Below, piece after piece: positions 1 through 10,161 of a stretch of DNA of 64,000 nt. Below the pieces are notes generated by a model. It was given only the letters and a program-made list of their open reading frames with translations, did no database searches and was not told the DNA's origin. Position 1 is the stretch's first letter; each line of letters starts with the position of its first letter. This DNA is from Runella sp. Lineage in GTDB: Bacteria; Bacteroidota; Bacteroidia; Cytophagales; Spirosomataceae. The position numbers were made by a program, and so were the translations under genes. The stretch is taken from contig JBKBKL010000002.1 in assembly GCA_046294665.1 (NCBI GenBank), positions 6,328 to 70,327 of the forward strand. Direction: 5' to 3'.

Positions 1-362
1 TCACGACTATACCCTGTATTGAGTGCTACTTTGACATTTTGCTGCCGCAATGCCTCAAATACCTTGGCGGCATCAGACATCGGTTGGGCAATCCCACTTG
101 CATAAACCTCGTCTAACTTCATTTTAAAATCTTCATGAATGGCATCTATCATCGTGTCAAATGGCTCATCGTCAATCAAATAGGAAAGTACATCTTTGAT
201 AGCCTGTCGTTTTTCTTTGCCGGCGGCTAATTCCAGTACCAAATCGAGGGTGCAGTCATAGCCTGCTTCGTCGAGAGCTTGATAGATGGCTTTATACACG
301 GCGTTTTGTTCGTCAATAGTAGTACCTGCCATATCGAAGACGACCAATTGGAGTTTTTGCAT
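1..362 (-). CDS. Phosphonatase-like HAD hydrolase (runs off the window start)
   Basis: Manual translation from ATG at 362 gives MQKLQLVVFDMAGTTIDEQNAVY...VKVALNTGYSR. FDMAGT is the phosphonatase-type HAD motif I and ALNTG is motif II. Confidence 0.8.
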   Translation of the reverse strand, partial: MQKLQLVVFDMAGTTIDEQNAVYKAIYQALDEAGYDCTLDLVLELAAGKEKRQAIKDVLSYLIDDEPFDTMIDAIHEDFKMKLDEVYASGIAQPMSDAAKVFEALRQQNVKVALNTGYSR

Positions 363-474
363 AACCGTAAAATTGATTTTTAAAAAAAACTTAAAATTAG
401 AGATTTGAAATATGCGTAGCATTTAAAACTCATTAAAATTATGTGAATTTATTGCTAAAAAATACTTTATTTTC

Positions 475-501
475 TTCATCTGAAATTCATATTGGGGTCA
501 T
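475..501 (+). promoter_or_regulatory. Pho-box-like direct repeats (TTCAT/TTCAT/GTCAT, 11-bp period)
   Basis: Pentamers at 475, 486 and 497, exactly 11 bp apart, in the divergent HAD/susC intergenic region. Confidence 0.45.
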
Positions 502-570
502 AGTAAAGAGGTTGTTTTGTGGCTGCAAATTAGCTTTTTAGTAACTGTAAAACACAAACCTTCCTCTTTT

Positions 571-3500
571 ATGAAACACTTTTGCGTGTCCCGCTTTGGG
601 CGGTTGTTAGCCATTGCCTTTATGGTGGTGCTGATGAGTTATTCTTCGTTGCTGGCACAAGAAATCACTGTGCAAGGCAAAGTAATGGATACCGATGGCA
701 ATGCCCCGTTGCCGGGAGTGAGTATTGTTGTGAAAGGTACAAGTCGTGGTACCAATACCAATGCCGATGGTCAGTATCGTCTGAATGTAGAACCCAACGC
801 CACGTTGGTTTTTTCTTTTGTAGGATATGCGGCTCAAGAAATCCCTGTGGGCAAACGCACTACCATTGACCTCAAAATGACCCAAGACTTCCGTCAGCTT
901 CAGGAAGTAGTCGTAACAGCCCTTGGTATCCAGAAAGACAAAAAGGTATTGGCTTTTGCGACTCAAGGAGTCAAAGCCGCCGATTTGGTCAAAGCTCGTC
1001 AGCCCAATGCTATCGCAGGTTTAGCTGGTAAGGTCGCAGGTCTGACGATTGGGGCTAATCCTGAACTCCTACGTGCGCCACAGGTGTCGCTACGCGGTGG
1101 AAGACCGCTGTATGTAGTGGACGGTGTGCCTGTCAATTCGGACACTTGGAACATCAACCCCGACGACATCGAAGCCATGGACGTACTCAAAGGGCCTTCA
1201 GGAACAGCACTTTATGGATTTAGGGCGCAAAACGGGGTCATTATGATTACGACCAAAAAAGGCTCAAAAGACAAGCGAGGCTTTTCGATTGATTTCAATA
1301 GTTCTACCCAATTAGAAAAAGGATTTTTGGCCATTCCGAAAGTACAAGACGAATTTGGCCCCGGCGACCACGGCCAATATGCCTTTGTGGACGGTCGCGG
1401 CGGGGGTATCAACGACGGCGACTACGACGTATGGGGGCCACGTTTTGAAGGGCAGCTAATCCCACAATACGACAGCCCCATTGACCCTGCTACGGGCAAG
1501 CGTATCCCAACCCCGTGGCTGGCACGCGGGAAGGACAATTTCCGCCGCTTTTTGAGAGAAGGCGTATTGTCCAACAACAACATCGCTATCGCTACCTCCA
1601 ACGAGCGTGCCGATTTGCGCGTGTCGCTTTCGCATCAGTACCAGCGTGGTATCGCACCCAATACTTGGCTCAACAGCACTTTCCTGAATACATCTTTTGG
1701 GTATAATTTCACCAAAAAACTGCGTTTCGAGAGTACCATCAACTACAACCGCCAATACACCCCCAATATTCCCGACATCAACTATGGCCCCAACTCGTTG
1801 GTTTACAACATGATACTTTGGGCAGGAGCCGATTGGAGCGTGGACGACATGAAAAACTACTGGCAGCCGGGCAAGGAAGGTATCCAGCAGATTTATGCCG
1901 AATACCAACGTTACAACAACCCCTGGTTTATGGTGAAAGAATGGCTGCGTGGCCACTACAAAAACGATGTCTATGCTTACGCCCTCGGCAAATACGACAT
2001 CAGCCCGTGGCTCAATGCCCAAGTCCGTACTCAAATAACGCAGTACGATTTGCTTCGCAACGAAAAAATGCCTTTCTCGGCTACGTCCTATGGCCGCGAA
2101 GAAGCCCGTGGCGACTACCGCGAAGACCGCCGCAATTTGTTTGAAAACAATACCGACTTGTTGCTCAATTTCAACAAAGAGTTCAATCAAATCGCTGTAC
2201 GGGCTTCGGTAGGGGGCAATTTGCGCTTGTTCCGTTACACTTCCAACTACGCCTCTACCAACTACCTCAACGTACCCGGCGTATATAACTTCGCCAACTC
2301 GCGCAACCCCGTACAAGCCTTCAACTTCGACGCTGCCATGAAAGTATTGAGTGGCTACTACACTGCCGATGTGTCGTTGAGCAAATACGCTAATCTCTCC
2401 CTCACTGGTCGCTGGGACAAAACCTCTACCCTCCCCACAGGTCGCAATGTAGGCTTTTATCCTTCGGTAGGTTTGACTACGGTCGTTTCGGACTACCTCA
2501 ATCTGCCCGAAGCGATTTCATTTTTGAAATTCCGCGCTTCTTATGCCCAAGTACGTGAGGCATTTACACAAGCTACGATAGGTACGGCCTTTAGTGCTAT
2601 CAATATCTCCAACCCCATCGGCTATGGCGAAACGTACCAGTCGTCTTACGACGGCCCCAGCTATGGTACGACTGTTGCCTACAATACCCCTCGCCCCTAC
2701 AACAACGAAACAGCGGCTTATTTCTCCAATAGCTTGCTCGACCCCAATATCCAGCCTTCGAGCCGTACCAACTACGAAGCGGGTATGGAAATGAAGTTTG
2801 TACGCAATCGTCTGGGATTAGACATTACCTATTTTAGCTATCTCGACGGCCCGCGTATCTTTGGACTTACCTTGCCCGAATCTACCGGCTACACATCGCT
2901 CACTACCAATGGCGTAAAAACCCAACGCAACGGCTGGGAGGTAGCTTTGGTAGGTACGGCTCTCAAAAACCCCAACGGCCTCAACTGGGACATTCTCCTC
3001 AACTGGTCCACTTGGCAAGAAACCCTCCGCGAAATCTACGGTACACAAGAACGCCTCAACCAGTTTTATAAAGTTGGCGACCGCCTCGACAAATACTTCG
3101 GACGGGCTTTTGTGCGTACTCAAGACGGCCAAATCGTAAACGACAGAAGCGGGCGGCCTATCTACAACCCCGTAGCCCAATTTTTAGGATACACCAACCC
3201 CGACTGGACGTTTGGTTTTGCCAACAAATTCAGCTACAAAAACTTCAACCTTAGCTTCCAGATTGACGGACGTGTAGGCGGCGTGATCGAAAATTATGTA
3301 CAAAAACAAACCTATCGCGGTGGCCGCCACATCAAAACCGTACAGGGCGAAATGGGCGTAGCGCGCTTGGCCGATACCAAAGGCCAAAAAACTTGGGTAG
3401 GTGAAGGCGTAGTTTTGACAGGTGGTACGATCAAGTACGACCCCGACGGCAATGTCCTCAACTACGGCGAGTTACGCTTTGAGCCGATGTCGCAGCAGTA

Positions 3501-3795
3501 TGCTACTTTCTTGCAAGACTGGATCAGCCGCTACTACAACTCCAACGAAGCCAACATGATTGACCGCTCGTTTGCCAAACTCCGCGAACTGACCTTCGGG
3601 TATAGCCTACCCAACAAATGGCTCGGCAAGGGCATCAAGCAAGCTACTGTATCGCTGATTGGTACCAACTTGTTTTACATGGCTGCTGCCAAAGACTTAG
3701 ACGTAGAGCAGTATGTCAATTACAGCGAGCGCGGTTCGGGCCTCCAATCGCCCACACTTCGTCGTTTTGGAGTGAATCTGAATGTTACATTTTAG
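571..3795 (+). CDS. susC: SusC/RagA TonB-dependent outer membrane transporter
   Basis: Signal peptide, CarboxypepD-like N-domain, EVVVTALG, plug motif VLKGPSGTALYGFRAQNGVIMITTKKG, C-terminal NVTF. ATG 571 preferred over TTG 517. Confidence 0.95.
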   Translation: MKHFCVSRFGRLLAIAFMVVLMSYSSLLAQEITVQGKVMDTDGNAPLPGVSIVVKGTSRGTNTNADGQYRLNVEPNATLVFSFVGYAAQEIPVGKRTTIDLKMTQDFRQLQEVVVTALGIQKDKKVLAFATQGVKAADLVKARQPNAIAGLAGKVAGLTIGANPELLRAPQVSLRGGRPLYVVDGVPVNSDTWNINPDDIEAMDVLKGPSGTALYGFRAQNGVIMITTKKGSKDKRGFSIDFNSSTQLEKGFLAIPKVQDEFGPGDHGQYAFVDGRGGGINDGDYDVWGPRFEGQLIPQYDSPIDPATGKRIPTPWLARGKDNFRRFLREGVLSNNNIAIATSNERADLRVSLSHQYQRGIAPNTWLNSTFLNTSFGYNFTKKLRFESTINYNRQYTPNIPDINYGPNSLVYNMILWAGADWSVDDMKNYWQPGKEGIQQIYAEYQRYNNPWFMVKEWLRGHYKNDVYAYALGKYDISPWLNAQVRTQITQYDLLRNEKMPFSATSYGREEARGDYREDRRNLFENNTDLLLNFNKEFNQIAVRASVGGNLRLFRYTSNYASTNYLNVPGVYNFANSRNPVQAFNFDAAMKVLSGYYTADVSLSKYANLSLTGRWDKTSTLPTGRNVGFYPSVGLTTVVSDYLNLPEAISFLKFRASYAQVREAFTQATIGTAFSAINISNPIGYGETYQSSYDGPSYGTTVAYNTPRPYNNETAAYFSNSLLDPNIQPSSRTNYEAGMEMKFVRNRLGLDITYFSYLDGPRIFGLTLPESTGYTSLTTNGVKTQRNGWEVALVGTALKNPNGLNWDILLNWSTWQETLREIYGTQERLNQFYKVGDRLDKYFGRAFVRTQDGQIVNDRSGRPIYNPVAQFLGYTNPDWTFGFANKFSYKNFNLSFQIDGRVGGVIENYVQKQTYRGGRHIKTVQGEMGVARLADTKGQKTWVGEGVVLTGGTIKYDPDGNVLNYGELRFEPMSQQYATFLQDWISRYYNSNEANMIDRSFAKLRELTFGYSLPNKWLGKGIKQATVSLIGTNLFYMAAAKDLDVEQYVNYSERGSGLQSPTLRRFGVNLNVTF

Positions 3796-3844
3796 CCCCC
3801 ATTCCTTAGGGCGTTAACTGGAATAAGACCATAAACATTTTTTT

Positions 3845-4321
3845 ATGAAAAGGGCTATGTGTTATTTCTCACTCATTCTTTCTTTTTTTTCATGCAACCC
3901 ATGCAAAGTTTCTCCTGCTGAGGAACAAAAATATTTGCCTTTTAAATATGCGGTATGGTCTAAAGTGCAGGATATTGACGAAAATGGCAATAAAAAGACA
4001 TATAATGGCCTTTCAGAATTGTTTGTTAGACAGTGGTATGGTTGGTCACTATCAACCCCTCAAAAAGGATTAGATAGCGTTTTTATCTACCGAGATAATC
4101 GCCTTGTTTTCAAAGACAGAGTTAATGCAAGCAAATCTGACTGTAAGGAAATACACAAAGTTCAATTATCATTTGACTCTAATTAGCATGCTGCAATAGA
4201 ACTTTTCATAGATGAGAAAGAAAGCACCTTTTTCATAGAAGTTAGCGAGATTACAAATAGTACCTCAGAGTTAACTAAAGTCAAAAAAGGGCGTTATATT
4301 TTTGAACGTTTCAAATTCTAA
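3845..4321 (+). pseudogene. AT-rich small lipoprotein gene interrupted by an in-frame TAG (4184-4186)
   Basis: Lipobox-like FFSC. After the TAG the same frame stays open for 44 codons (HAAIELFIDEKE...GRYIFERFKF) to TAA at 4319-4321, 15 bp before susD. Confidence 0.55.
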
Positions 4322-4336
4322 AAACAAATAAAAAAC

Positions 4337-5935
4337 ATGAAAAATATAATCACACATATTCGCCAGTCCATTACACTTGTTATGGTAAGTGGACTCCTAT
4401 TTTTGTCTGGCTGCCAAACCTTCGAGCAGTTGGAGAGAAATCCTAACGTGCCTTCTAGTGCACCTGCTTCACTCATTCTAAATGGTATATTGAACAATAC
4501 CTTCAATTATAGCGACGATGAAAGACCATGGAAAAAAGGACAACGTTGGAATCAGTTTTACACCATCAACTACAACTACTACGGCAACAATGAGTATGAC
4601 TGGACAACGTCAAGTATGGTTTATATGGAACTCAAAAATGTCTTGAAAATGGAAGAAGAAGCCAAAAAGGCTACTGGCAAAGACCTCAATCCGTATAGTG
4701 CTATGGGCAAATTCTTCAAAGCCTATTTGTTTGTATGGATGACCCAGCGCATGGGAGATTTGCCCATGAACGAAGCCCTCAAAGGCACCGACAACATCAC
4801 GCCCAAATACAATACCCAAAAAGAAATCTACCTTCAGTCGCTCAAATGGCTCGACGAAGCCAACGACGATTTAGCCAAGCTCATCGCGGCGGGCGATGTT
4901 TCGATGCAAGGCGATATTTATTTCAACAACAACCTTCGCCAGTGGCAAAAGGTGGTCAATGCCTTCAAACTGCGCGTGTTGGTGAGTTTGAGTAAAAGAG
5001 AAAACGATGCCGAACTCAACATCAAAGGGCGTTTTGCAGAGGTCATCAACAATGCCGCGAAGTTTCCAATACTGTCTGGTATGGCCGACAACCTCGAATA
5101 CCGCTACAACGCCCAGTTCAACAAATACCCTATCAATCCCGACAACTTTGGTTTTGATGCTACTCGCCAGCAGATGTCTTCGACCCATATAGACCTGCTC
5201 AAACAAACCCGCGATCCGCGCCTTTTCATGGTGGCCGAGCCGGCAGAAGCCCAACTCAAAAAAGGAGCAAAGCAAACCGATTTTGAGGCTTTTGTAGGTG
5301 CAAACCCCGCCGAATCGCTCGACGATGTAGCCACCAAAGCCCTCAAAGGGGAGTATTCTTTCATCAACCGCAACCGCTATTATAAAAGCTATACCGCCGA
5401 AAACACCATTTTGGTCGGCTATATCGAAATGTGCTTCAATATCGCCGAAGCGGCCCATCGTGGGTGGGTAGCGGCCAATGCCGAGCAATGGTACCAGCGC
5501 GGTATCCAAGCCTCACAAGCCTTTTTCGGCATCAAAGAAGGCGACAACGCCGTCGTACTCGAAACCCGCAACGGAGCCAATATCTCATCGGCAGGCTATA
5601 CGGTGAAGTTTTCGTTTGCTGATTTTTATGCACAGCCCACCGTCAAATATGCTGGTAACAACCCTCAAGGCTTGGGACAAATCCTCACTCAAAAATACTT
5701 GGGCTTTTTTATGAACTCCGGTATGGAGGCATTCTTCAACTGGCGGCGCACGGGCTTTCCTACGAACTTTGCTAAGGGAGGCCCGGGTACCGGCAACTCT
5801 GGTGTGATACCTCGCCGCTGGCTATACCCCAACTCCGAGCGTATCTACAACGAAGCCAACTATAAAGCGGCCATTCAAGCCCAGTTTGGCAAGGCTACCG
5901 AAAGCGTCAATGACGAGCTTTGGGCGGTCAAATAG
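4337..5935 (+). CDS. susD: SusD/RagB lipoprotein
   Basis: Lipobox LSGC, GDLP, DPRL, ILTQKYL, NWRRTGFP and IPRRWLYP motifs; downstream of susC. Confidence 0.93.
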   Translation: MKNIITHIRQSITLVMVSGLLFLSGCQTFEQLERNPNVPSSAPASLILNGILNNTFNYSDDERPWKKGQRWNQFYTINYNYYGNNEYDWTTSSMVYMELKNVLKMEEEAKKATGKDLNPYSAMGKFFKAYLFVWMTQRMGDLPMNEALKGTDNITPKYNTQKEIYLQSLKWLDEANDDLAKLIAAGDVSMQGDIYFNNNLRQWQKVVNAFKLRVLVSLSKRENDAELNIKGRFAEVINNAAKFPILSGMADNLEYRYNAQFNKYPINPDNFGFDATRQQMSSTHIDLLKQTRDPRLFMVAEPAEAQLKKGAKQTDFEAFVGANPAESLDDVATKALKGEYSFINRNRYYKSYTAENTILVGYIEMCFNIAEAAHRGWVAANAEQWYQRGIQASQAFFGIKEGDNAVVLETRNGANISSAGYTVKFSFADFYAQPTVKYAGNNPQGLGQILTQKYLGFFMNSGMEAFFNWRRTGFPTNFAKGGPGTGNSGVIPRRWLYPNSERIYNEANYKAAIQAQFGKATESVNDELWAVK

Positions 5936-5962
5936 ATTTGGTTATTAGGTTAGAAAAGTGTC

Positions 5963-5994
5963 AAAAGCGAGCAGGTTTTCTGCTCGCTTTTTTT
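5963..5994 (+). terminator. Intrinsic terminator
   Basis: AAAAGCGAGCAG-gtttt-CTGCTCGCTTTT followed by more T, after susD. Confidence 0.85.
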
Positions 5995-6146
5995 GTTGTT
6001 TAATAAATTGGAAACGCCTTTTGACAAAAAATGTTTATAGGCTCACTCATAATTGCTTGACTTGCTGTGTGTAGAATTGCATAGGTGTATATCAAACAAA
6101 AAACTAAAGTATATGTTTTTTAAATAGTACTTTTGTTTGAATAAAT

Positions 6147-6740
6147 ATGTCAAAAATCCGAAATAACGAGCCGCTTGTTACAGATTGGTCTTCCTTCAAA
6201 CAGGGGGATAGACAGGCTTTTGAGCGTATTTATCGCGGATATGTACAAGTTTTGTACCGCTATGGGCGTAGTTTTACAGAAGATGAGGCTATGATTATGG
6301 ATTCGATTCATGATTTGTTTGCCGATCTTTGGCAAAAACGTGACCGCCTCGGCGATACTGACAATATCAAATTTTATTTGTTGAAAGCACTGAAGCATCG
6401 TCTTTGGAGATCTCAAGTGATACAAAGTAAATTCAGTCCTTTTGATTCATATAGCCAAGATGAGGAAACTCAAGAAAAAGAATTTGAATCAAACCGTCAG
6501 ATGGAAGATTATTTGCCAGCTCAATTATCCCAACTCACCGAACGCCAGCGCGAAATCATTCACCTGAGGTTTTATGAAAATCTCTCCCATCAGCAAATAG
6601 CCGAACTGCTCCAAATCAATCCTCAATCAGCCAAAAACTTACTTCATCGTACCATAGAAGCACTCCGAGATGGCTTGAAGCAAATTAAACTCCATCATTT
6701 TTTACCTTTTTTTCTAAATACACTGGGTACTTTTTCGTAG
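6147..6740 (+). CDS. ECF RNA polymerase sigma factor
   Basis: GDRQAFERIY, IHDLFADLW, LTERQREIIHLRFYENLSHQQIAELL (regions 2 and 4). Confidence 0.93.
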   Translation: MSKIRNNEPLVTDWSSFKQGDRQAFERIYRGYVQVLYRYGRSFTEDEAMIMDSIHDLFADLWQKRDRLGDTDNIKFYLLKALKHRLWRSQVIQSKFSPFDSYSQDEETQEKEFESNRQMEDYLPAQLSQLTERQREIIHLRFYENLSHQQIAELLQINPQSAKNLLHRTIEALRDGLKQIKLHHFLPFFLNTLGTFS

Positions 6741-6790
6741 GCATAGTGTTTATGAGAAAACGCATTTTTCTCCACTAAACTCCACAAACT

Positions 6791-8965
6791 ATGTTTTTTT
6801 ATTTACGTATATGGCTCATCGTAACTCTTTCACTTTGCTCTATCTTCCTCTTTGCTCAAACTCCTCAGCCGATTTTGAAAGATATTTTTTTGGAAGAATC
6901 ACCTTCTGAAATCACAATCCGAAACTCACAATTGGTACTTACATTCGATAAAAAAAATGGCAATTGGACGAGTTTTCGCTTAGGTGCTTTACCGACTTCC
7001 CTCTTTGAATCAGCTACTCTACCGTCGGTTGATTTTGTGGTCAATGGACAAGCCATAGTTCAAAATAAAGGGGCAAAACTTACCGGCTACACTTACTCCA
7101 TACAAGCCGAAAGGCAGGCGGCTACTTTGCATTTGCATCTCCAAACGCTCGATTCAAGCTACCAGTTTCGGTGCGATTATACAGTATTTGTGCAGCAGCC
7201 CAGTATCGAGCGGCGTGCCTATGTATTGCATTACTCCACTCCACGCGCCGGTACTGCACTTCCTGCCAAATTCGAGATGTTTGTGTTTCGCCTGCCTCCC
7301 CTAAGGATAGGAGCGTTGAAAGACTGTGTTTTTGATGCGCCGGGGCCATTTTTTGTTCACAACTTTGTGGCACCTCATACCCCCTTCGATTCGATTCGGC
7401 ATCGAACCATTCATTTTCATTCGGCACCAGAAGCAGGTTTTGGCCTGATGGCTTTTTCTAATCCCAAACTCCAAACAACTCTCTGTTCTTGGATGAGTAC
7501 CGCTGGAGAAGTAAACTATGGGTCTTCGATTCAAACTACCAATGAAGGCTTAGAAATCGTACATCACAATCATCGTGCGTATTATTGGCCACAGGGATTG
7601 ACCATACACTCCGACACACAGCATATCTACTGTTCAAAAGACTTGTTGTCAGGTTTGGCTCAGTACCGCCAAAGCCTCACCAAAACATTGCCAATGGCAA
7701 ATACTACGCCCCAATGGGTTCAGAAAGCCGTCATCTTAGAAGTATATCCGAATTATTTCAAGGGAGGCTTTAAAGAAATAGCCCAGCGACTGCCTTTCTA
7801 TAAAAGTATCGGCTTCAACACCATTTATTTGATGCCTCACTGGCTGGGGGGCTACTCACCGATTGACCCCTTTGTGGTAGATCCGAAGTTTGGTACTTCC
7901 GAAGATTTGAAAAATTTGGTTAAGAAAGCTCATCAACTCGGAATGCGTTTTTTGTTCGATATGGTCATTCACGGTTTTCATGCCAAAAATTCACCTATAC
8001 TTCAAAGTCATGCCTCCTTTTTTTGTAGAGATGACAAAGGCCAAATCGCCCTTCACCCTACTTGGAAAAGTGCTACACCCGATTGGGCAAATCCAGACTA
8101 CCAAAAGTACATGGTCAATCTCGTACTTCATGACCTCAAAACCTACGGAATAGACGGCTATCGCGTAGATGCCGCTTCTTACAAAGGCCCTAACTGGGAC
8201 CCCAACTTGCCCTATCCTGCCTACAGTAGCGGCACTTACGCCCCTCAACTGATGCAAAAAATGCTTGATGCCTTGCGGACTGCCAACGAAGATGCCGTAC
8301 TACTAAGTGAGGTGTTTGGGCCGGCTTTTTATACCGTATCCAACTTCTCCCATGACAATCAGACCGAAGCGGTACAATTCATTTTAGAAAAAATGGAAAA
8401 AGGTACTTATCATGCTGCCCAATACCAGCAGTATTTGGCCAATGTCTATGCCATGCTACCGCAGGGGGCCAATCGGGTCATTTTTGCACGAAATCATGAT
8501 ACTTCTTGGTTTTATCACTTCAATGGCTACACACCTACTTTTCTCAATATGGACGCGATTCACGCCTTCTTTGGTGTTCCGGAAGTGTTTGCTGGCGATC
8601 CCAAATACCCTCATAACCCCGACGACGACCCCAAGGTTTTTGACTTTTATCGAAAACTCTACACTTATCGAAACCGCTACGACGAACTTACCACTGGCCG
8701 AATCATACTTGACAAAGTAGTGTGTGACAATCCTGATGTATTTGTGGGGATTCGACAGACCGCACAACACACCTCTTTGGTCGTCATCTCCTTGAGCAAC
8801 GCTCCTCAACAACTCCATATTGACCTCCCGTCTGAAATTATGCTTTCAAAGAAAAATATATATATGTCAGATTGTCGTAACAATCAAGCTATCCCTGCCC
8901 AACAAAAAGGCTCAAAACTTGCTATTAAGATTCAGCCGTTTGCCGTTCTCCACACACGGTTGTAG
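6791..8965 (+). CDS. Secreted GH13 alpha-amylase-family glycoside hydrolase with a long N-terminal domain
   Basis: IGFNTIYLMP, VDPKFGT, GIDGYRVDAA (nucleophile), LLSEVF (acid/base), RNHDT; signal peptide. Confidence 0.85.
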   Translation: MFFYLRIWLIVTLSLCSIFLFAQTPQPILKDIFLEESPSEITIRNSQLVLTFDKKNGNWTSFRLGALPTSLFESATLPSVDFVVNGQAIVQNKGAKLTGYTYSIQAERQAATLHLHLQTLDSSYQFRCDYTVFVQQPSIERRAYVLHYSTPRAGTALPAKFEMFVFRLPPLRIGALKDCVFDAPGPFFVHNFVAPHTPFDSIRHRTIHFHSAPEAGFGLMAFSNPKLQTTLCSWMSTAGEVNYGSSIQTTNEGLEIVHHNHRAYYWPQGLTIHSDTQHIYCSKDLLSGLAQYRQSLTKTLPMANTTPQWVQKAVILEVYPNYFKGGFKEIAQRLPFYKSIGFNTIYLMPHWLGGYSPIDPFVVDPKFGTSEDLKNLVKKAHQLGMRFLFDMVIHGFHAKNSPILQSHASFFCRDDKGQIALHPTWKSATPDWANPDYQKYMVNLVLHDLKTYGIDGYRVDAASYKGPNWDPNLPYPAYSSGTYAPQLMQKMLDALRTANEDAVLLSEVFGPAFYTVSNFSHDNQTEAVQFILEKMEKGTYHAAQYQQYLANVYAMLPQGANRVIFARNHDTSWFYHFNGYTPTFLNMDAIHAFFGVPEVFAGDPKYPHNPDDDPKVFDFYRKLYTYRNRYDELTTGRIILDKVVCDNPDVFVGIRQTAQHTSLVVISLSNAPQQLHIDLPSEIMLSKKNIYMSDCRNNQAIPAQQKGSKLAIKIQPFAVLHTRL

Positions 8966-9051
8966 AGAAAATTTACTTTTTTTCTAAAAATTCTTCAAAA
9001 AAGTGAGTACTCTATCGGAGGGTATGTATTTATAGGCATAATTTCAAAAAA

Positions 9052-10161
9052 ATGCCTGATTATACTCATTACTCCATTGCCGATCTTGTTTTAGATGACT
9101 ATTTTCTTGAGAGCTGTCTAAACCCTACTCCAGCTACCGATGCTTTCTGGCAAGAGTGGCTGGAGCAGTACCCCCAGTGCCAGACTACTTGGCAAGAAGC
9201 CAAGTATATCATTGAAGCATTGGCGGAAGGGCGTAAAAACTACGCACTGGTACGTCTGCCAGAAGATAAAGTAGAAGCTCTATGGCAGCGTATCCAAGCT
9301 ACGTCGTTTGTAGAAGATAATGTACCACTTCAACCTACTAAAGAGATAAAAAGTAATCGAAAAATGTGGTGGTGGGCTGCGGCCTCGGTGCTGCTTGTAG
9401 GTGTGCTGGGGTATGTGTGGCTAAATCAAAACCCTTTGTCAGTTATTTTAAAAGAAGATTTCAATGATAGTGAGAGTTCGTCTTTAGGGTCTTTTCAATC
9501 AATCCAAAATATCCATTCTGAACCTCAAAAAATAAACTTATCTGATGGCAGCCAAGTAGTACTCATGCCTCAAGCTACCCTTCGATACCCCGATCATTTC
9601 GATGATACGCAGCGGGTGGTTTATTTGGAGGGAGAAGCCGAGTTTGATATCAAATCCGATGCTCAACGTCCTTTTTTAGTTTATACCAATTCGCTCATCA
9701 CCAAAGTTTTAGGGACTAAATTTAAAGTGTTAGCCAGTTCTACTTTGACCAAAGTATCGGTCATCTCTGGGAAAGTATCCGTCATCAAACGGACTGCTCA
9801 AGGGCAGTCCGATGCACAGACAGCACTGATTCTTTTACCAAACCAGCAGATTACTTACGATGCTGTCAAAAAAGATTTGGTCAAAACCCTTGTAGAAGAC
9901 CCCTTGATGCTCCAAAAACCAACCCAACCACAGGCTTTTGAATTTGATGAAACTCCTGTGAGTGAAGTTTTTGAGCGATTGATGAAAGCCTACAATATCA
10001 ACATCATCTTTGAAGAATCCAATCTGAAAAACTGTACCCTGACGGCCTCATTAACGCCTCATTCACTTTATGTCAAACTCGATTTGATTTGCGAAACACT
10101 GCACCTCGAATATACGATTGTAGATGGGCAGATAGTGGTAAGTGGCAAAGGCTGTCATTGA
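9052..10161 (+). CDS. fecR: FecR-family anti-sigma factor
   Basis: TM segment WWWAAASVLLVGVLGYVW; LSDGSQVVL, VYLEGEAEF, TKVLGTKF; C-terminal DUF4974-like FDETPVSEV. Confidence 0.93.
   Translation: MPDYTHYSIADLVLDDYFLESCLNPTPATDAFWQEWLEQYPQCQTTWQEAKYIIEALAEGRKNYALVRLPEDKVEALWQRIQATSFVEDNVPLQPTKEIKSNRKMWWWAAASVLLVGVLGYVWLNQNPLSVILKEDFNDSESSSLGSFQSIQNIHSEPQKINLSDGSQVVLMPQATLRYPDHFDDTQRVVYLEGEAEFDIKSDAQRPFLVYTNSLITKVLGTKFKVLASSTLTKVSVISGKVSVIKRTAQGQSDAQTALILLPNQQITYDAVKKDLVKTLVEDPLMLQKPTQPQAFEFDETPVSEVFERLMKAYNINIIFEESNLKNCTLTASLTPHSLYVKLDLICETLHLEYTIVDGQIVVSGKGCH

Noticed and set aside
1-362. HAD gene as the beta-phosphoglucomutase partner of the GH65 phosphorylase
   Set aside because: Motif I is FDMAGT (phosphonatase type), not FDLDGV, and the gene is 22 kb away.
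4184-4186. Genome-wide amber recoding as the cause of the in-frame TAG
   Set aside because: TAG ends susC (3795) after its terminal Phe and susD (5935) just before a terminator, so it is a normal stop here.
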